Shown here piece after piece: positions 49,703-59,362 of a DNA stretch of 64,000 nucleotides. The notes under the pieces are model-generated. The model did not search any database, had not been told where the DNA came from, and saw only the letters and a program-made list of their open reading frames with translations. The stretch is from an uncultured Gammaproteobacteria bacterium (GTDB lineage: Bacteria; Patescibacteriota; Microgenomatia; PFEM01; DATLAM01). Where the stretch lies: contig CAZMIZ010000005.1 of the NCBI GenBank assembly GCA_964566925.1, positions 184 to 64,183 on the forward strand, written 5' to 3'. The translations under genes were made by a program, and so were the position numbers. Every line of letters begins with the position of its first letter. The first letter of the stretch is position 1.

Positions 49703-50884
49703 GTGGTCAAAAAGGTAAAAAAACCTGCCATGCCTGCCGGCAGGCAGGCCAAAAAGAAAGCCTCGACTAAAACTTCAGTTAAGAAAGTTTCCAAAAAGTC
49801 AAAGGTAAAGAAACAGCCCCAGACAATGGACGAGTTATTAGCTCAAACCGGTTACCAACCCCGGGGCTTGTCTCGTGGAGAAACAATTGAGGGAACGGTT
49901 ACCGAAAAAACAAAACGAGCCCTTTTTATTGATTTTGGAGGTAAATCAGAAGGGATTGTTGTTGAAAAGGAGCTTAAGTTAGCTCAGGATCTAATAGAGA
50001 AGATTGAAGTTGGCGATAAGGTTAAGGCGGTTGTTTACCAAGCAGAAAATGATCAAGGCCAGATTTTACTTTCTTTAAGAAAAGAAGCTTTAGAAAAACG
50101 TTGGCGGGATTTTGAAGAGAAACTTAAAACCGGCGAAACGGTTAAGGTGGTCGGCCACGACGTTAACCGCGGCGGTTTGGTGGTTGAAGTCAGCGGTACC
50201 CAGGGATTTATTCCGGCTTCTCAGTTTGGTTCAAAATTTGCCGACAAAATAGAAGAGCTGATTGGGAAGACTCTTAAAGTTAAGCCGATTGAGGTCAACC
50301 GGGAGAAAAACCGGTTGATTTTTTCGGAAAAAGAGGTTTCAGAGGCCAAGATAATGGCCGCCCAGTCAAAAGCCCTAAAAGGAATTAAGATCGGTGACAG
50401 CTTTGATGGAGTGGTAACCGGAGTAATGCCTTTTGGCCTTTTTGTCAAGATAAAAACAAAAGACGATACCGAACTAGAAGGCTTGGTCCATATCTCAGAA
50501 ATCTCCTGGGAGAAAGTAGATAATCCGGCTGATCATTACAAGGAAAAGGATAAGGTTAAAGTTAAAGTTTTAGCGATTGACAAGAAGAGTGGGCGACTCA
50601 ATCTTTCTATTAAACAATTGACCGACGATCCTTGGGCGGGAGTTAAGAAGAAATATAAAGTTGAGGCCAGGGTTAAGGGCAAGGTGGTTCGCCTGGCTCC
50701 TTTTGGCGCTTTTGTTAACCTGGAACCAGGGATTGACGGCCTGATTCATATCAGTAAAATTCCGGCTGAAAAATCTTTGAAAGTTGGGGATCAAGTTAAC
50801 TGCTACATTGAATCGATTGATCCCGAAGCCAAAAGAATGAGTTTAGGCCTAGTTCTTAAAGAGAAACCAGTGGGGTACAAGTAA
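49703..50884 (+). CDS. rpsA: 30S ribosomal protein S1
   Basis: Four S1 repeats (GFIPASQ, EGLVHISEISW, DGLIHISKI). Confidence 0.93.
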   Translation: MVKKVKKPAMPAGRQAKKKASTKTSVKKVSKKSKVKKQPQTMDELLAQTGYQPRGLSRGETIEGTVTEKTKRALFIDFGGKSEGIVVEKELKLAQDLIEKIEVGDKVKAVVYQAENDQGQILLSLRKEALEKRWRDFEEKLKTGETVKVVGHDVNRGGLVVEVSGTQGFIPASQFGSKFADKIEELIGKTLKVKPIEVNREKNRLIFSEKEVSEAKIMAAQSKALKGIKIGDSFDGVVTGVMPFGLFVKIKTKDDTELEGLVHISEISWEKVDNPADHYKEKDKVKVKVLAIDKKSGRLNLSIKQLTDDPWAGVKKKYKVEARVKGKVVRLAPFGAFVNLEPGIDGLIHISKIPAEKSLKVGDQVNCYIESIDPEAKRMSLGLVLKEKPVGYK

Positions 50885-50971
50885 CCCTTTTTTTGATCTT
50901 TTCCTCAGAATCTTGAATTGATTTATGATGCTATAATATTTTTGCTGCCTGAAAGGGGAGTTATTTGTTAA

Positions 50972-51499
50972 ATGACGGCCGAAAGAAGAGCTTCTTTAAG
51001 AGAAACGATCGGCATGACTAAAGGTGCAATAAGGTTTGCCTTAGAACAGAGAGAAAGGGCTTTATACAATAACGACATGTTTATGTTTCCTTGGGAGAGG
51101 GCTGCTTTTCTTGTTTCAATCCTTAAACCGGCAGAGTTGAGAAGGCGGATAAACATTTATAGTTCATTTCTTTATGGTTGCTCGATTTTTGATCAGGTTT
51201 TTCCTAAATACGATAACCCCGACCCTTTTCATTCCACAGAAGCTGCGGTTTGTCTTGATGATAACCCTATCCAGGTAATGGGTTGGGCAGAACAGGAAGA
51301 ATTGGTTCAACAGGGAGTAAAAGAAGGTTTTCAAGAGGACTGGATTATTGTCGGTTTTGAAGAAAGAGCAGGAGAAAGAGGGATTGATTTGGAATGGCAT
51401 TTTTCCGAACATCCAACAGAAAAGCCAACCAGTTTGATTCAAGAACTGGAAGAGAGGCCACAACCAGGAAGATCTTTACCCGCGCCTACTAATTCCTGA
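50972..51499 (+). CDS. Hypothetical protein
   Basis: 175-aa ORF with -10 TATAAT at 50932-50937 and SD GGGGAG. Confidence 0.72.
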   Translation: MTAERRASLRETIGMTKGAIRFALEQRERALYNNDMFMFPWERAAFLVSILKPAELRRRINIYSSFLYGCSIFDQVFPKYDNPDPFHSTEAAVCLDDNPIQVMGWAEQEELVQQGVKEGFQEDWIIVGFEERAGERGIDLEWHFSEHPTEKPTSLIQELEERPQPGRSLPAPTNS

Positions 51500-51573
51500 A
51501 TTTTTAAAAGAATCTATTCAGTTAAAATCCTGTCTCTAGAAAAAATTATTGATTTTGGTAAAATAAGAGAAAG

Positions 51574-52281
51574 ATGAAGCTTAAAGATAAGGTTACTGTT
51601 ATCACTGGTGCTAGCGAGGGAATAGGGGAACAGATTGCCCTGAAACTAGCTCCAGCAGGCGTTGACCTCGCCCTTATTGCTAGAAGCAAAAACAATCTTC
51701 ATCGGGTTAAACAAAAAGCTTCGAAATTAGGCTCAGGCAAAGTCGAGATTTACCCCTGCGATATCCGGATCACTAAAAACCTAGAAAAAACAATCAAAAA
51801 GATCGCTTCAGATTTTAAAAAGATTGACATTCTTATTAATGTTGCCGGCATCTGGCAGAAAATGATGCCCGTAGAAAAAACTAAGAAAGAAGTGGTTGAC
51901 GATGTTATCCAAACCAATTTAACCGCCCTGGTTCACTCCACCCGTTTAGTTCTTCCTTATCTTAAAAAACAAAAAGAGGCGGCGATTATCAATGTGATTT
52001 CGAAATCAGGTGTTGTTGCTCAAGAAGGCCAATCGGTTTATACAGCCAGCAAATATGGGGCCCATGGTTTTACCGAGGTGCTTAAAGCCGACTTAAAAAG
52101 TTCGAATATCCGAGTGGCCGGTCTTTATCAAAGCGGAACAGCCACCAAGATGTTTGCCAAAACCGGAGAAAAAGTTCCTTTAGAGAACTTCACTAATCCG
52201 GCTGACTTGGCTGAAGTTGTCCTTTTTATGCTTTCCCAGCCGCCAAAGATCTGGCTCCACGAAGTTCAGGTTGAGTATTAA
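51574..52281 (+). CDS. SDR family oxidoreductase
   Basis: ITGASEGIG, INVAG and YTASK catalytic motif. Confidence 0.93.
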   Translation: MKLKDKVTVITGASEGIGEQIALKLAPAGVDLALIARSKNNLHRVKQKASKLGSGKVEIYPCDIRITKNLEKTIKKIASDFKKIDILINVAGIWQKMMPVEKTKKEVVDDVIQTNLTALVHSTRLVLPYLKKQKEAAIINVISKSGVVAQEGQSVYTASKYGAHGFTEVLKADLKSSNIRVAGLYQSGTATKMFAKTGEKVPLENFTNPADLAEVVLFMLSQPPKIWLHEVQVEY

Positions 52282-52327
52282 AACTTTTCCCACTAGCATA
52301 GCCAAGCCCAACTTGATATAATTACTC

Positions 52328-53548
52328 TTGATGGATGAACTAGAGGTGGTTGTTGACAAAAACTTCAAAGAACAAACTGCCTTTCTTCAGAAGCTTGTCC
52401 AAACCAAAAGCGCCAACCCCTTTACTCCGGAGCAATCCGACCCTAAAGCACCAATTGAACTTGAAGTAGCTAAGGTAATTGAGAAAAAATTGAAAAAATT
52501 CCGCTTTAAACCTCGAAGAGTGGCTCTCTATCCGCAAAAACGACCCAATTTAGTGGCGAGAATCAAAGGTCAGAAAAAGGGCAAGACACTTGTTTTTTAT
52601 GGCCATATGGACACGGTTATGCCAGCTTTAAACTGTTCTTTTGATCCTTATTCCGGAAAAATTAAGAAAAACCGATTATATGGATTAGGGGCAGCTGATA
52701 TGAAGGCTTCTTTGTCTTGTTTGGTCTTTATGGTTAAAGCTTTGAAAGACCTCAAAATTAAACTTTTAGGTGATCTGATCTTAACTTTCGTAATCGACGA
52801 AGAGCCAGGAGCAGTTTCTCCTTATGGTGCCGCCTACCTTTTGAAAAAAGGCTTAAAAGCTGATGCGGTGGTTATTACTGAACCAATGACAGACAAAATT
52901 GCCGTCGGTTGTCGAGGAGGCTATCGATTCAAGGTTACCACCTTTGGCGAGGCGGCCCATACCGGCATGAAGGATTGGGAGAAGGGAACTAAAGGAAGGA
53001 ACGCTGTTCAAGATATGGTAACGGTTATTACTCAGCTGCGAAGCCTTTCCATTCCTTTTAAGCCGTCGCCTCTCTTTCCGGATGTTAGGCCGGTTTTTTC
53101 TTTTCCCACCAAAATTTCAGGCGGAACAGCGATTAATATTGTACCTGAAAAGTGTGAAGCTTATGGCGATACCCGGATTTTACCTTCGAATACGCCTAAC
53201 CAGATCAAAAGATTAATTCTCAAGAAGGTAGAGCCTCTTAGGAAGAAGATTAGATTTGAAGTCGAAGATTTAGTTAAAATCCCGGCCACAGAAACCAGTC
53301 CTCAAGAAAAGATTGTCAAAGTTTTAAAAAAGCAGGCCCGAAAGGTTTTAAAAAAGAAGTCAGAAATTGGTGGCTCCCGACCCTGGAGTGATCGTTGGAT
53401 GTTTGCCGAGAAGAAAATTCCTAGCGTTTCTTTTGGTCCGGATGGCGCGGGTATTCATGGCAAAGATGAGTATGTGGAGTTGGAGAGCGTTAAAAAGGTG
53501 ACCGAAGTCTTCACCCGGGTAGCGATTGAATTTTTGGGAAAAGCCTAG
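52328..53548 (+). CDS. M20 family metallopeptidase (ArgE/DapE-like)
   Basis: GHMDTV, YGLGAADMK, DEE, ITEP, GEAAH and IHGKDEYV. Confidence 0.92.
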   Translation: MMDELEVVVDKNFKEQTAFLQKLVQTKSANPFTPEQSDPKAPIELEVAKVIEKKLKKFRFKPRRVALYPQKRPNLVARIKGQKKGKTLVFYGHMDTVMPALNCSFDPYSGKIKKNRLYGLGAADMKASLSCLVFMVKALKDLKIKLLGDLILTFVIDEEPGAVSPYGAAYLLKKGLKADAVVITEPMTDKIAVGCRGGYRFKVTTFGEAAHTGMKDWEKGTKGRNAVQDMVTVITQLRSLSIPFKPSPLFPDVRPVFSFPTKISGGTAINIVPEKCEAYGDTRILPSNTPNQIKRLILKKVEPLRKKIRFEVEDLVKIPATETSPQEKIVKVLKKQARKVLKKKSEIGGSRPWSDRWMFAEKKIPSVSFGPDGAGIHGKDEYVELESVKKVTEVFTRVAIEFLGKA

Positions 53549-53573
53549 CCCTCAGCTGATATAATAACCTCTA

Positions 53574-54899
53574 ATGGCAAAAACCAAAACAGTTTTTGTG
53601 TGCCAACAATGCGGAGCGGAGAGTCCAAAATGGATGGGAAAGTGCCCGAGTTGTGGAGAGTGGGGCAGTTTAGTGGAAATGATTTTAAAGAAAGGGAAAG
53701 AAGAGGGGAGAATAAGAAAGAGGAGGGAAATTAAACCCCAAAAACTTGCCCAGATTGCTTCAACGAGATTAAAAAGGCTTTCTTCAAAAATTTCAGAGCT
53801 TGATCGAGTTTTAGGCAGTCCTTCGACAGGCTCAGGACGGGCGGGGATTGTTCCCGGGTCAGTGGTTTTGGTGGCGGGTGAGCCAGGGATTGGTAAATCA
53901 ACCCTTTTACTCCAGCTGGTGGCTAAAGTAGGCGGCCTTTATATTTCTGGTGAAGAATCTTTAGAGCAACTGAAGATCCGAGCGGAAAGACTGAAAATTA
54001 AAGCTCCCAAAGCCCAATTTCTAGCTGAAACCGATCTGGATTCCTGCCTGGTTCAAATAGCAACCCTGAAACCAAAAATAGTAATTGTTGATTCGATCCA
54101 GGCCTTAACCATGCCTGATCTTGAAGGCGCTGCTGGTTCAGTAGGCCAGGTAAGAGAGTGTACCTCTCGCCTGGTTAGGTTAGCCAAAAGAGAAAAAATC
54201 CCGATTTTTCTGGTTGGTCACGTGACTAAAGAAGGGGCGATTGCCGGCCCCAAAGTCTTAGAACATATGGTGGATACGGTGATTGCTCTTGAGGGTGAAC
54301 GTTTCGGCCAGTTTCGCTTGATTCGAGCCACCAAGAATCGTTTTGGGGCGACTGATGAGGTTGGCGTTTTTGAAATGATTGATTCCGGCCTTAAAGAGGT
54401 TGCTAATCCTTCTCGTTTGTTTATCAAGGAGAGAGTAAAGAGAGTGCCTGGTTCGGTGGTGGTGGTAACCATGGAAGGGACTCGGCCGGTTTTGGCTGAG
54501 ATTCAGGCTTTGGTGGCTCCCACTCAGCTAGCCGTCCCGCGCCGGGTAGGGCAGGGAGTCGGTTATTATCGTCTCCAGTTGATTAGCGCTGTTTTAACTA
54601 AAAGGTTGGGTTTGCCCTTGGCTACTCAGGACATTTACGTTAACGTGGTTGGGGGATTAAAAATCCAAGAGCCGGCCGCTGATCTAGGCATTGCTTTAGC
54701 CATAATTTCCTCTTTTAAAAACATTCCCCTTGATCCGAAAACGGCTGTTTTTGGCGAAATTGGACTTTTGGGCGAGATCAGAAAGGTGGGCCAGGCTGAA
54801 CAAAGGAGAAGAGAAGCTAAAAGGTTGGGCTTTACGAAGATTATTTCTCCGGAAACAGCCACCTCAATTAATCAAATTGTCAAAACTCTTCTAAAGTAG
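53574..54899 (+). CDS. radA: DNA repair protein RadA/Sms
   Basis: CQQCG...GKCPSCGEW zinc finger, GEPGIGKST, KNRFG and Lon-like C-terminal domain. Confidence 0.97.
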   Translation: MAKTKTVFVCQQCGAESPKWMGKCPSCGEWGSLVEMILKKGKEEGRIRKRREIKPQKLAQIASTRLKRLSSKISELDRVLGSPSTGSGRAGIVPGSVVLVAGEPGIGKSTLLLQLVAKVGGLYISGEESLEQLKIRAERLKIKAPKAQFLAETDLDSCLVQIATLKPKIVIVDSIQALTMPDLEGAAGSVGQVRECTSRLVRLAKREKIPIFLVGHVTKEGAIAGPKVLEHMVDTVIALEGERFGQFRLIRATKNRFGATDEVGVFEMIDSGLKEVANPSRLFIKERVKRVPGSVVVVTMEGTRPVLAEIQALVAPTQLAVPRRVGQGVGYYRLQLISAVLTKRLGLPLATQDIYVNVVGGLKIQEPAADLGIALAIISSFKNIPLDPKTAVFGEIGLLGEIRKVGQAEQRRREAKRLGFTKIISPETATSINQIVKTLLK

Positions 54900-55026
54900 A
54901 CTGATCCCTTTTCCCAAGTTATCCACAATAACCATTTTTTTCTTAAGAACCGCTATTTCCGTGCCTATATTATTAATAGTATATTTTATAGGTCTACCGA
55001 TTTTTATTATTAGTCTTTCTATAGGC

Positions 55027-55055
55027 TTGACAAGCTAATGGAAATGTGATAAAAG
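55027..55055 (+). promoter_or_regulatory. Sigma70-type promoter of the sortase operon
   Basis: TTGACA (55027-55032), 17 nt, TAAAAG (55050-55055) with TG extension. Confidence 0.6.
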
Positions 55056-55247
55056 TTGAAACAGCTTAACATAACCTTAAAAAGAAAGAGCATTACTATC
55101 GCTGGACAGGTCCACGAATAGTAATGCCCTTAATAGCGGTTTACAAGTTAGGACAGGTAACTTGTCGACCTATCAGACAGACTAGCACAAGAAATTTTTC
55201 TTGTCAAGAGATCTTATAAGTCTAATAAGCTTAAAGAAAGGCTTTAA

Positions 55248-56357
55248 ATGACTGCCTCTCCAGAATCAGGAAAACCTAGAGTGAGTAGAAAATTATTCCT
55301 TGTAGGTGCGGTAGGAGGAGCAGCATCTCTTTTGGCGGGCGGAACTGGTTATTGGTTGGGAGGGAGAAGAGAAGAGGAGCCGAATCGCCAAGAGCCTGAA
55401 GCAGCACCTTCGGCAACTCTCGATTTGGAAGTTCACTCGCTTCCTGTTCCTGTAGAGCAGCCCCCAGGAACGCTCGCATTAGCCTTGATGCTGAATGCTT
55501 CTAGTTTTGCAGGAACAGCGGTTTCCACCGAAACTCCGACTGCCACCTCTACCGCTACACCCAGACCAACTGAAACGGCAACTTCGACGATGATGGCCAT
55601 TCTTACTCCCACTCCGGATTTAAGACCGAATCTTTGTGCCCCAGGATCCTTTGTTATTCCTCAGACCAGATGGAAAGACCAAGTAAAGGTTGGAGACGTG
55701 ATTTCTTTTTTTCAAGAACAAACCCCTGCCCGGACTGCTTTATTTGAGTATTTAGAGAACCCAGGCATGGGGAATTACTCGGGGATTAGATTAAGACCAG
55801 AAACAGTTAAACCTCTGGATATTCCTCCTGAAGGTGATGACCAGCTAGTCGATTTAGTAAATAATCTACGCTCGCTTTTGATTATGACTGAAGAAGTTTA
55901 TGGCCAAGCGACTCAAAATCAGTTAAGAATTGAAAACGGCGATTTACAAGCCTTACAGAGCATGCTTTACCGGAAGAGAGAGGAAAATGCTGCCGGACAA
56001 ATTGTAGTAAAGATTGTCGCTAATCAGCAAGAGATTGAGGTTACAAGACAATTACTTGATGACTGTCATGGGCGCTGGGATGGTTCGCCAATCGCTGTGG
56101 TGGAAGGACTTGACGAAGACAGCAGTCGGTTAATTTTTGCTTTTGATGGTTTGTGTGGCAATCTCTTCTTAGCGATAAAACTTCCACCGTCGCCCACGCC
56201 TACAGCGACCGCCACCCCACCCCAAGAAAGAGACGGTAACGGAGGGAAGAGACCACCAACAGCAACAGCCCATCCACCCCAGCCACCAGTTAAAAAACCA
56301 ACAGCGACCGCTGTGCCGCCACAGGGACCAGTTGAACCACCAAAGGAGAATAATTGA
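55248..56357 (+). CDS. Hypothetical membrane-anchored Pro/Thr-rich protein
   Basis: N-terminal SRKLFL plus hydrophobic helix (Tat-like); PT-rich linkers. Confidence 0.7.
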   Translation: MTASPESGKPRVSRKLFLVGAVGGAASLLAGGTGYWLGGRREEEPNRQEPEAAPSATLDLEVHSLPVPVEQPPGTLALALMLNASSFAGTAVSTETPTATSTATPRPTETATSTMMAILTPTPDLRPNLCAPGSFVIPQTRWKDQVKVGDVISFFQEQTPARTALFEYLENPGMGNYSGIRLRPETVKPLDIPPEGDDQLVDLVNNLRSLLIMTEEVYGQATQNQLRIENGDLQALQSMLYRKREENAAGQIVVKIVANQQEIEVTRQLLDDCHGRWDGSPIAVVEGLDEDSSRLIFAFDGLCGNLFLAIKLPPSPTPTATATPPQERDGNGGKRPPTATAHPPQPPVKKPTATAVPPQGPVEPPKENN

Positions 56358-57802
56358 TGAAACTTAAAAAACTTTTACCACTCGTTTTACTCTCGATCCC
56401 TCTTATTCTGGGAGTGGTAAGAATTGCTTTGGCTGATCCCGGAGCCGCCTTTTTATCAGGTAACATTTTTAAGGCTTACAATAACACCAAACAGGATACT
56501 CCTTCTTGGGTTGATCCTCTTAACAATGTTGATCCAGGCAACGTGGTTGAGTATCATACCCGAGTCCGAAACGTGGGTGATGAGGCGGCCACCGGAGTTA
56601 AGGTCAAAGCTGACCTTCCCGGGAGTTATGGAACTCAGCAAATTGCGACAATTCATTTAACTGCTAATAATGCCAATGAGGTGACTGATACAGCCACAGT
56701 TAATCTGACTGGGAGTGCCAAGATTGAATACCTTTCCGGACACGCTCGTTATGTCGATGGTTCGGGCGAGCATTCTCTACCAGAAACAATTACTACGAGT
56801 GGGGTAAGTTTGCCCAATCTTGATCCTGGTAACGAATACGAAATCCAAGTGATGTTTAAAGCTTGGGCCAGGCCTGAACCATCACCAACACCCACTCCAA
56901 CTTGTACGCCTTCGCCCACACCGACACCCACTTGTACACCGACACCGACCTGCACACCTTCACCAACACCCACACCAACAGCAACCCCAACACCGACTTC
57001 TACCCCGACGCCGACAATAACCCCAACGCCCACCGAAACACCAACGCCGACGCCAACACCGACACCCTGCTGGTCAAAGTTTAAAATTCATAAATACAAC
57101 GATGAAAATGGCGATGGCGACCAGGATTCGGGTGAAGATGGGCTTTCCTGGGACTTTGAATACCGGATTAATGGTGGCGACTGGTATGATTACAGCACCC
57201 GTTGGTGGCGGAGTGGCTGGGGTGGCGAAGTCGAAGTGGAGTGCGATGATCGGGTAGAGGTTAAAGAAGTGGCTAAAGAAGATTGGGCGCCAACGACCTC
57301 AACTAGAGTAGAATTCAATGCGCTTGACAATGAAACCCGGGAAGTCCATTTTGGTAACCGAGAATGGGAAGGACCGACACCCACTCCCTCGCCCCACGAA
57401 TCTTGGTGTGTTAGTCTTTCCGTTAGCCCGACCAGTGGTGAGGCCCCCTTAGCAGTTGTTTTTAATGGCAGCGGCTACGATTCTGAGGGTGATATCCGAG
57501 AATACGAATTTGATTTCGGTGATGGCGAGATCCTCACCCAAAGTGACTCTCGGGTGGAGCATGTTTATCAGGATCCAGGCACTTATTGGGCTTCATTGAA
57601 AGTTAAGGATACTCATGATAATTGGCAAAATGGCAGTGATGATTGTCGGCAAGAAATTAGTGTCGGCCGAGAACCTGAAGTTTTAGCGGCCGAAGCACCA
57701 GCGGTTCAACCACCGACTGGAGCCAACACGACGTTAACCCTGGGCTTGATTGTGGCTGGTATAGCAGGCTTGCTTTTGCGAGTTTTGCCAATCCTGCTCT
57801 AA
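56354..57802 (+). CDS. Surface protein with DUF11-like domain, PT repeats, PKD domain and LPXTG-like (QPPTG) anchor
   Basis: Signal peptide ending ALA; VDPGNVVEY; (PT)n at 56876-57068; [11 protein letters not shown]...HVYQDPGTY; QPPTG followed by TM. Confidence 0.85.
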   Translation: MMKLKKLLPLVLLSIPLILGVVRIALADPGAAFLSGNIFKAYNNTKQDTPSWVDPLNNVDPGNVVEYHTRVRNVGDEAATGVKVKADLPGSYGTQQIATIHLTANNANEVTDTATVNLTGSAKIEYLSGHARYVDGSGEHSLPETITTSGVSLPNLDPGNEYEIQVMFKAWARPEPSPTPTPTCTPSPTPTPTCTPTPTCTPSPTPTPTATPTPTSTPTPTITPTPTETPTPTPTPTPCWSKFKIHKYNDENGDGDQDSGEDGLSWDFEYRINGGDWYDYSTRWWRSGWGGEVEVECDDRVEVKEVAKEDWAPTTSTRVEFNALDNETREVHFGNREWEGPTPTPSPHESWCVSLSVSPTSGEAPLAVVFNGSGYDSEGDIREYEFDFGDGEILTQSDSRVEHVYQDPGTYWASLKVKDTHDNWQNGSDDCRQEISVGREPEVLAAEAPAVQPPTGANTTLTLGLIVAGIAGLLLRVLPILL

Positions 57803-58563
57803 TGGAAAAAAACGGTCTTATTTTTGATGCTTCTTGGCTAGGGAAAGAAGAGAGAGCTTCTTTTTCGGAGCGGGGAGCAGTGTGTAGGGCAGGCGCACTG
57901 CTTCCCACTTCGGGGAAGAAGCTTTTTTCTTTTCGCTCCCAATCTTTCCGTTGGCTGGCCAACAGCCTCATTTTAATTTCTTTAGTCGGTCTTTTTCTTA
58001 CTTTTGGTCCAGTTTTGAGGGTAGAACTTTCTTATCGGGTTAAAAAGGCTTTAGAGAGGCTACCAGAGGCTCAACGAACTACTTTTGGCGATCTCTTAAA
58101 ATTACCGGCTCCCAATCAGGCTTTAGCGGCTCCGAATGCCTCTTTTTCCCTGGTGATTCCCGAAATTGAGGCCCGAGCCCCGATTTTGGCCAATGTTGAT
58201 GCCGGCAATCCAGGCGAATTCAATCAGGCTCTTTCTCAAGGAGTGGCTCATGCTAAAGGAACTTACTTTCCGGGAATGGGGGAGATAATTTATCTTTTTG
58301 CCCACTCAACCGATTCACCTTTTAATATTGCCCGCTATAATGCGGTTTTCTTCCTTTTACGAGAACTCGAGCCTGGAGACGAAATCATTGTTTTTTTTCA
58401 AGGAAAGAGGTTTGCTTATCGAGTGGCTGAAAAAATGATTACCGCCGCTAATAACACCCGTTTTTTTGAGCCTCAAGGAGAAGAAATTCTTGTTCTCCAG
58501 ACCTGTTGGCCGCCAGGAACAACCTTAAGACGCCTTTTAGTCTTAGCCAAACCCGCTGGATAA
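57802..58563 (+). CDS. Sortase
   Basis: LVIPEI, GVAH, FAHS (His), LQTCWPPG (Cys) and RLLV (Arg). Confidence 0.92.
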   Translation: MEKNGLIFDASWLGKEERASFSERGAVCRAGALLPTSGKKLFSFRSQSFRWLANSLILISLVGLFLTFGPVLRVELSYRVKKALERLPEAQRTTFGDLLKLPAPNQALAAPNASFSLVIPEIEARAPILANVDAGNPGEFNQALSQGVAHAKGTYFPGMGEIIYLFAHSTDSPFNIARYNAVFFLLRELEPGDEIIVFFQGKRFAYRVAEKMITAANNTRFFEPQGEEILVLQTCWPPGTTLRRLLVLAKPAG

Positions 58564-58597
58564 CCTCTTTTCTGTGATATAATTTGAATTAACCTTC

Positions 58598-59182
58598 ATG
58601 GTCAAGATTATCTTAGCCACCACTTCTCCTTACCGCCGGGAAGCTTTTAAGTTTCTTGGCTTGAATTTTGTGGTTGAAGAGAGTGGGGTGGAGGAATATT
58701 TCAAAGGAAGACCAAAGAGGCCCGAAGCCCTCGTTAAGCAATTAGCCAAACTTAAGGCCGAATCCGTGGCTAAAAATCATTCAAAGGGGATTGTCATTGG
58801 TTTTGATTCAGTATGTTGGTTTAAGAACAGAATTTTTGAGAAACCGAAGTCAAGAAAAGAGGCTTTTCAACGCCTAAAATCTCTATCTGGCAAGAACCAC
58901 CAATTTTATACCGGGATTTATTTGATTGATCTTGCCACTGGCCAAAAACTTTCCAGGGTGGTCAGCACAGACGTCTGGTTTAGAGAGTTAACCGTGAGAG
59001 AGATTAACAAATACCTTAATCAAGACCCAAGCTATAAAACTTGTGCTTTAGGCTATGACACTTTGGGACACTATAGTTCATCCTTTGCCCGAAGGATTGA
59101 GGGTAGCTATAATAATCTCTTAAGAGGGATTCCCTTAGAGACAATTATTGAGATGCTCAAGGATTTGGGGTATAAAATTTAA
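58598..59182 (+). CDS. maf: Maf family nucleotide pyrophosphatase
   Basis: IILATTSPYRR, LAKLKA, IGFDS, EKPKS and IEGSYNNLLRGIP. Confidence 0.9.
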   Translation: MVKIILATTSPYRREAFKFLGLNFVVEESGVEEYFKGRPKRPEALVKQLAKLKAESVAKNHSKGIVIGFDSVCWFKNRIFEKPKSRKEAFQRLKSLSGKNHQFYTGIYLIDLATGQKLSRVVSTDVWFRELTVREINKYLNQDPSYKTCALGYDTLGHYSSSFARRIEGSYNNLLRGIPLETIIEMLKDLGYKI

Positions 59183-59189
59183 ATACCTA

Positions 59190-59218
59190 TTGACAAAGGT
59201 TAATTTACCTGTTAAACT
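59190..59218 (+). promoter_or_regulatory. rho promoter
   Basis: TTGACA (59190-59195), 17 nt, TAAACT (59213-59218). Confidence 0.65.
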
Positions 59219-59362
59219 AATTAGCGAGTTGGAATTTCCCCTTAATTTTTCCGAAAAAGAGCATTATTAATGGGAACCTCAGTCGATTTCCTATTTAAAT
59301 AGATGTTTTTAGACATAATTGATGATTTTTAATTCATAGTTTAGCTAACTTCTGAAGGTTTT

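Noticed and set aside
54919-54927. Perfect DnaA box TTATCCACA next to an AT-rich stretch
   Set aside because: Single perfect box with no strand-bias switch; insufficient for oriC, though it could be a regulatory site.
56749-57033. Antisense (VG)n ORF, and Pro-rich antisense ORFs at 15709-15891 and 23523-23825
   Set aside because: Mirror images of PT- and Gly-rich low-complexity coding on the opposite strand.
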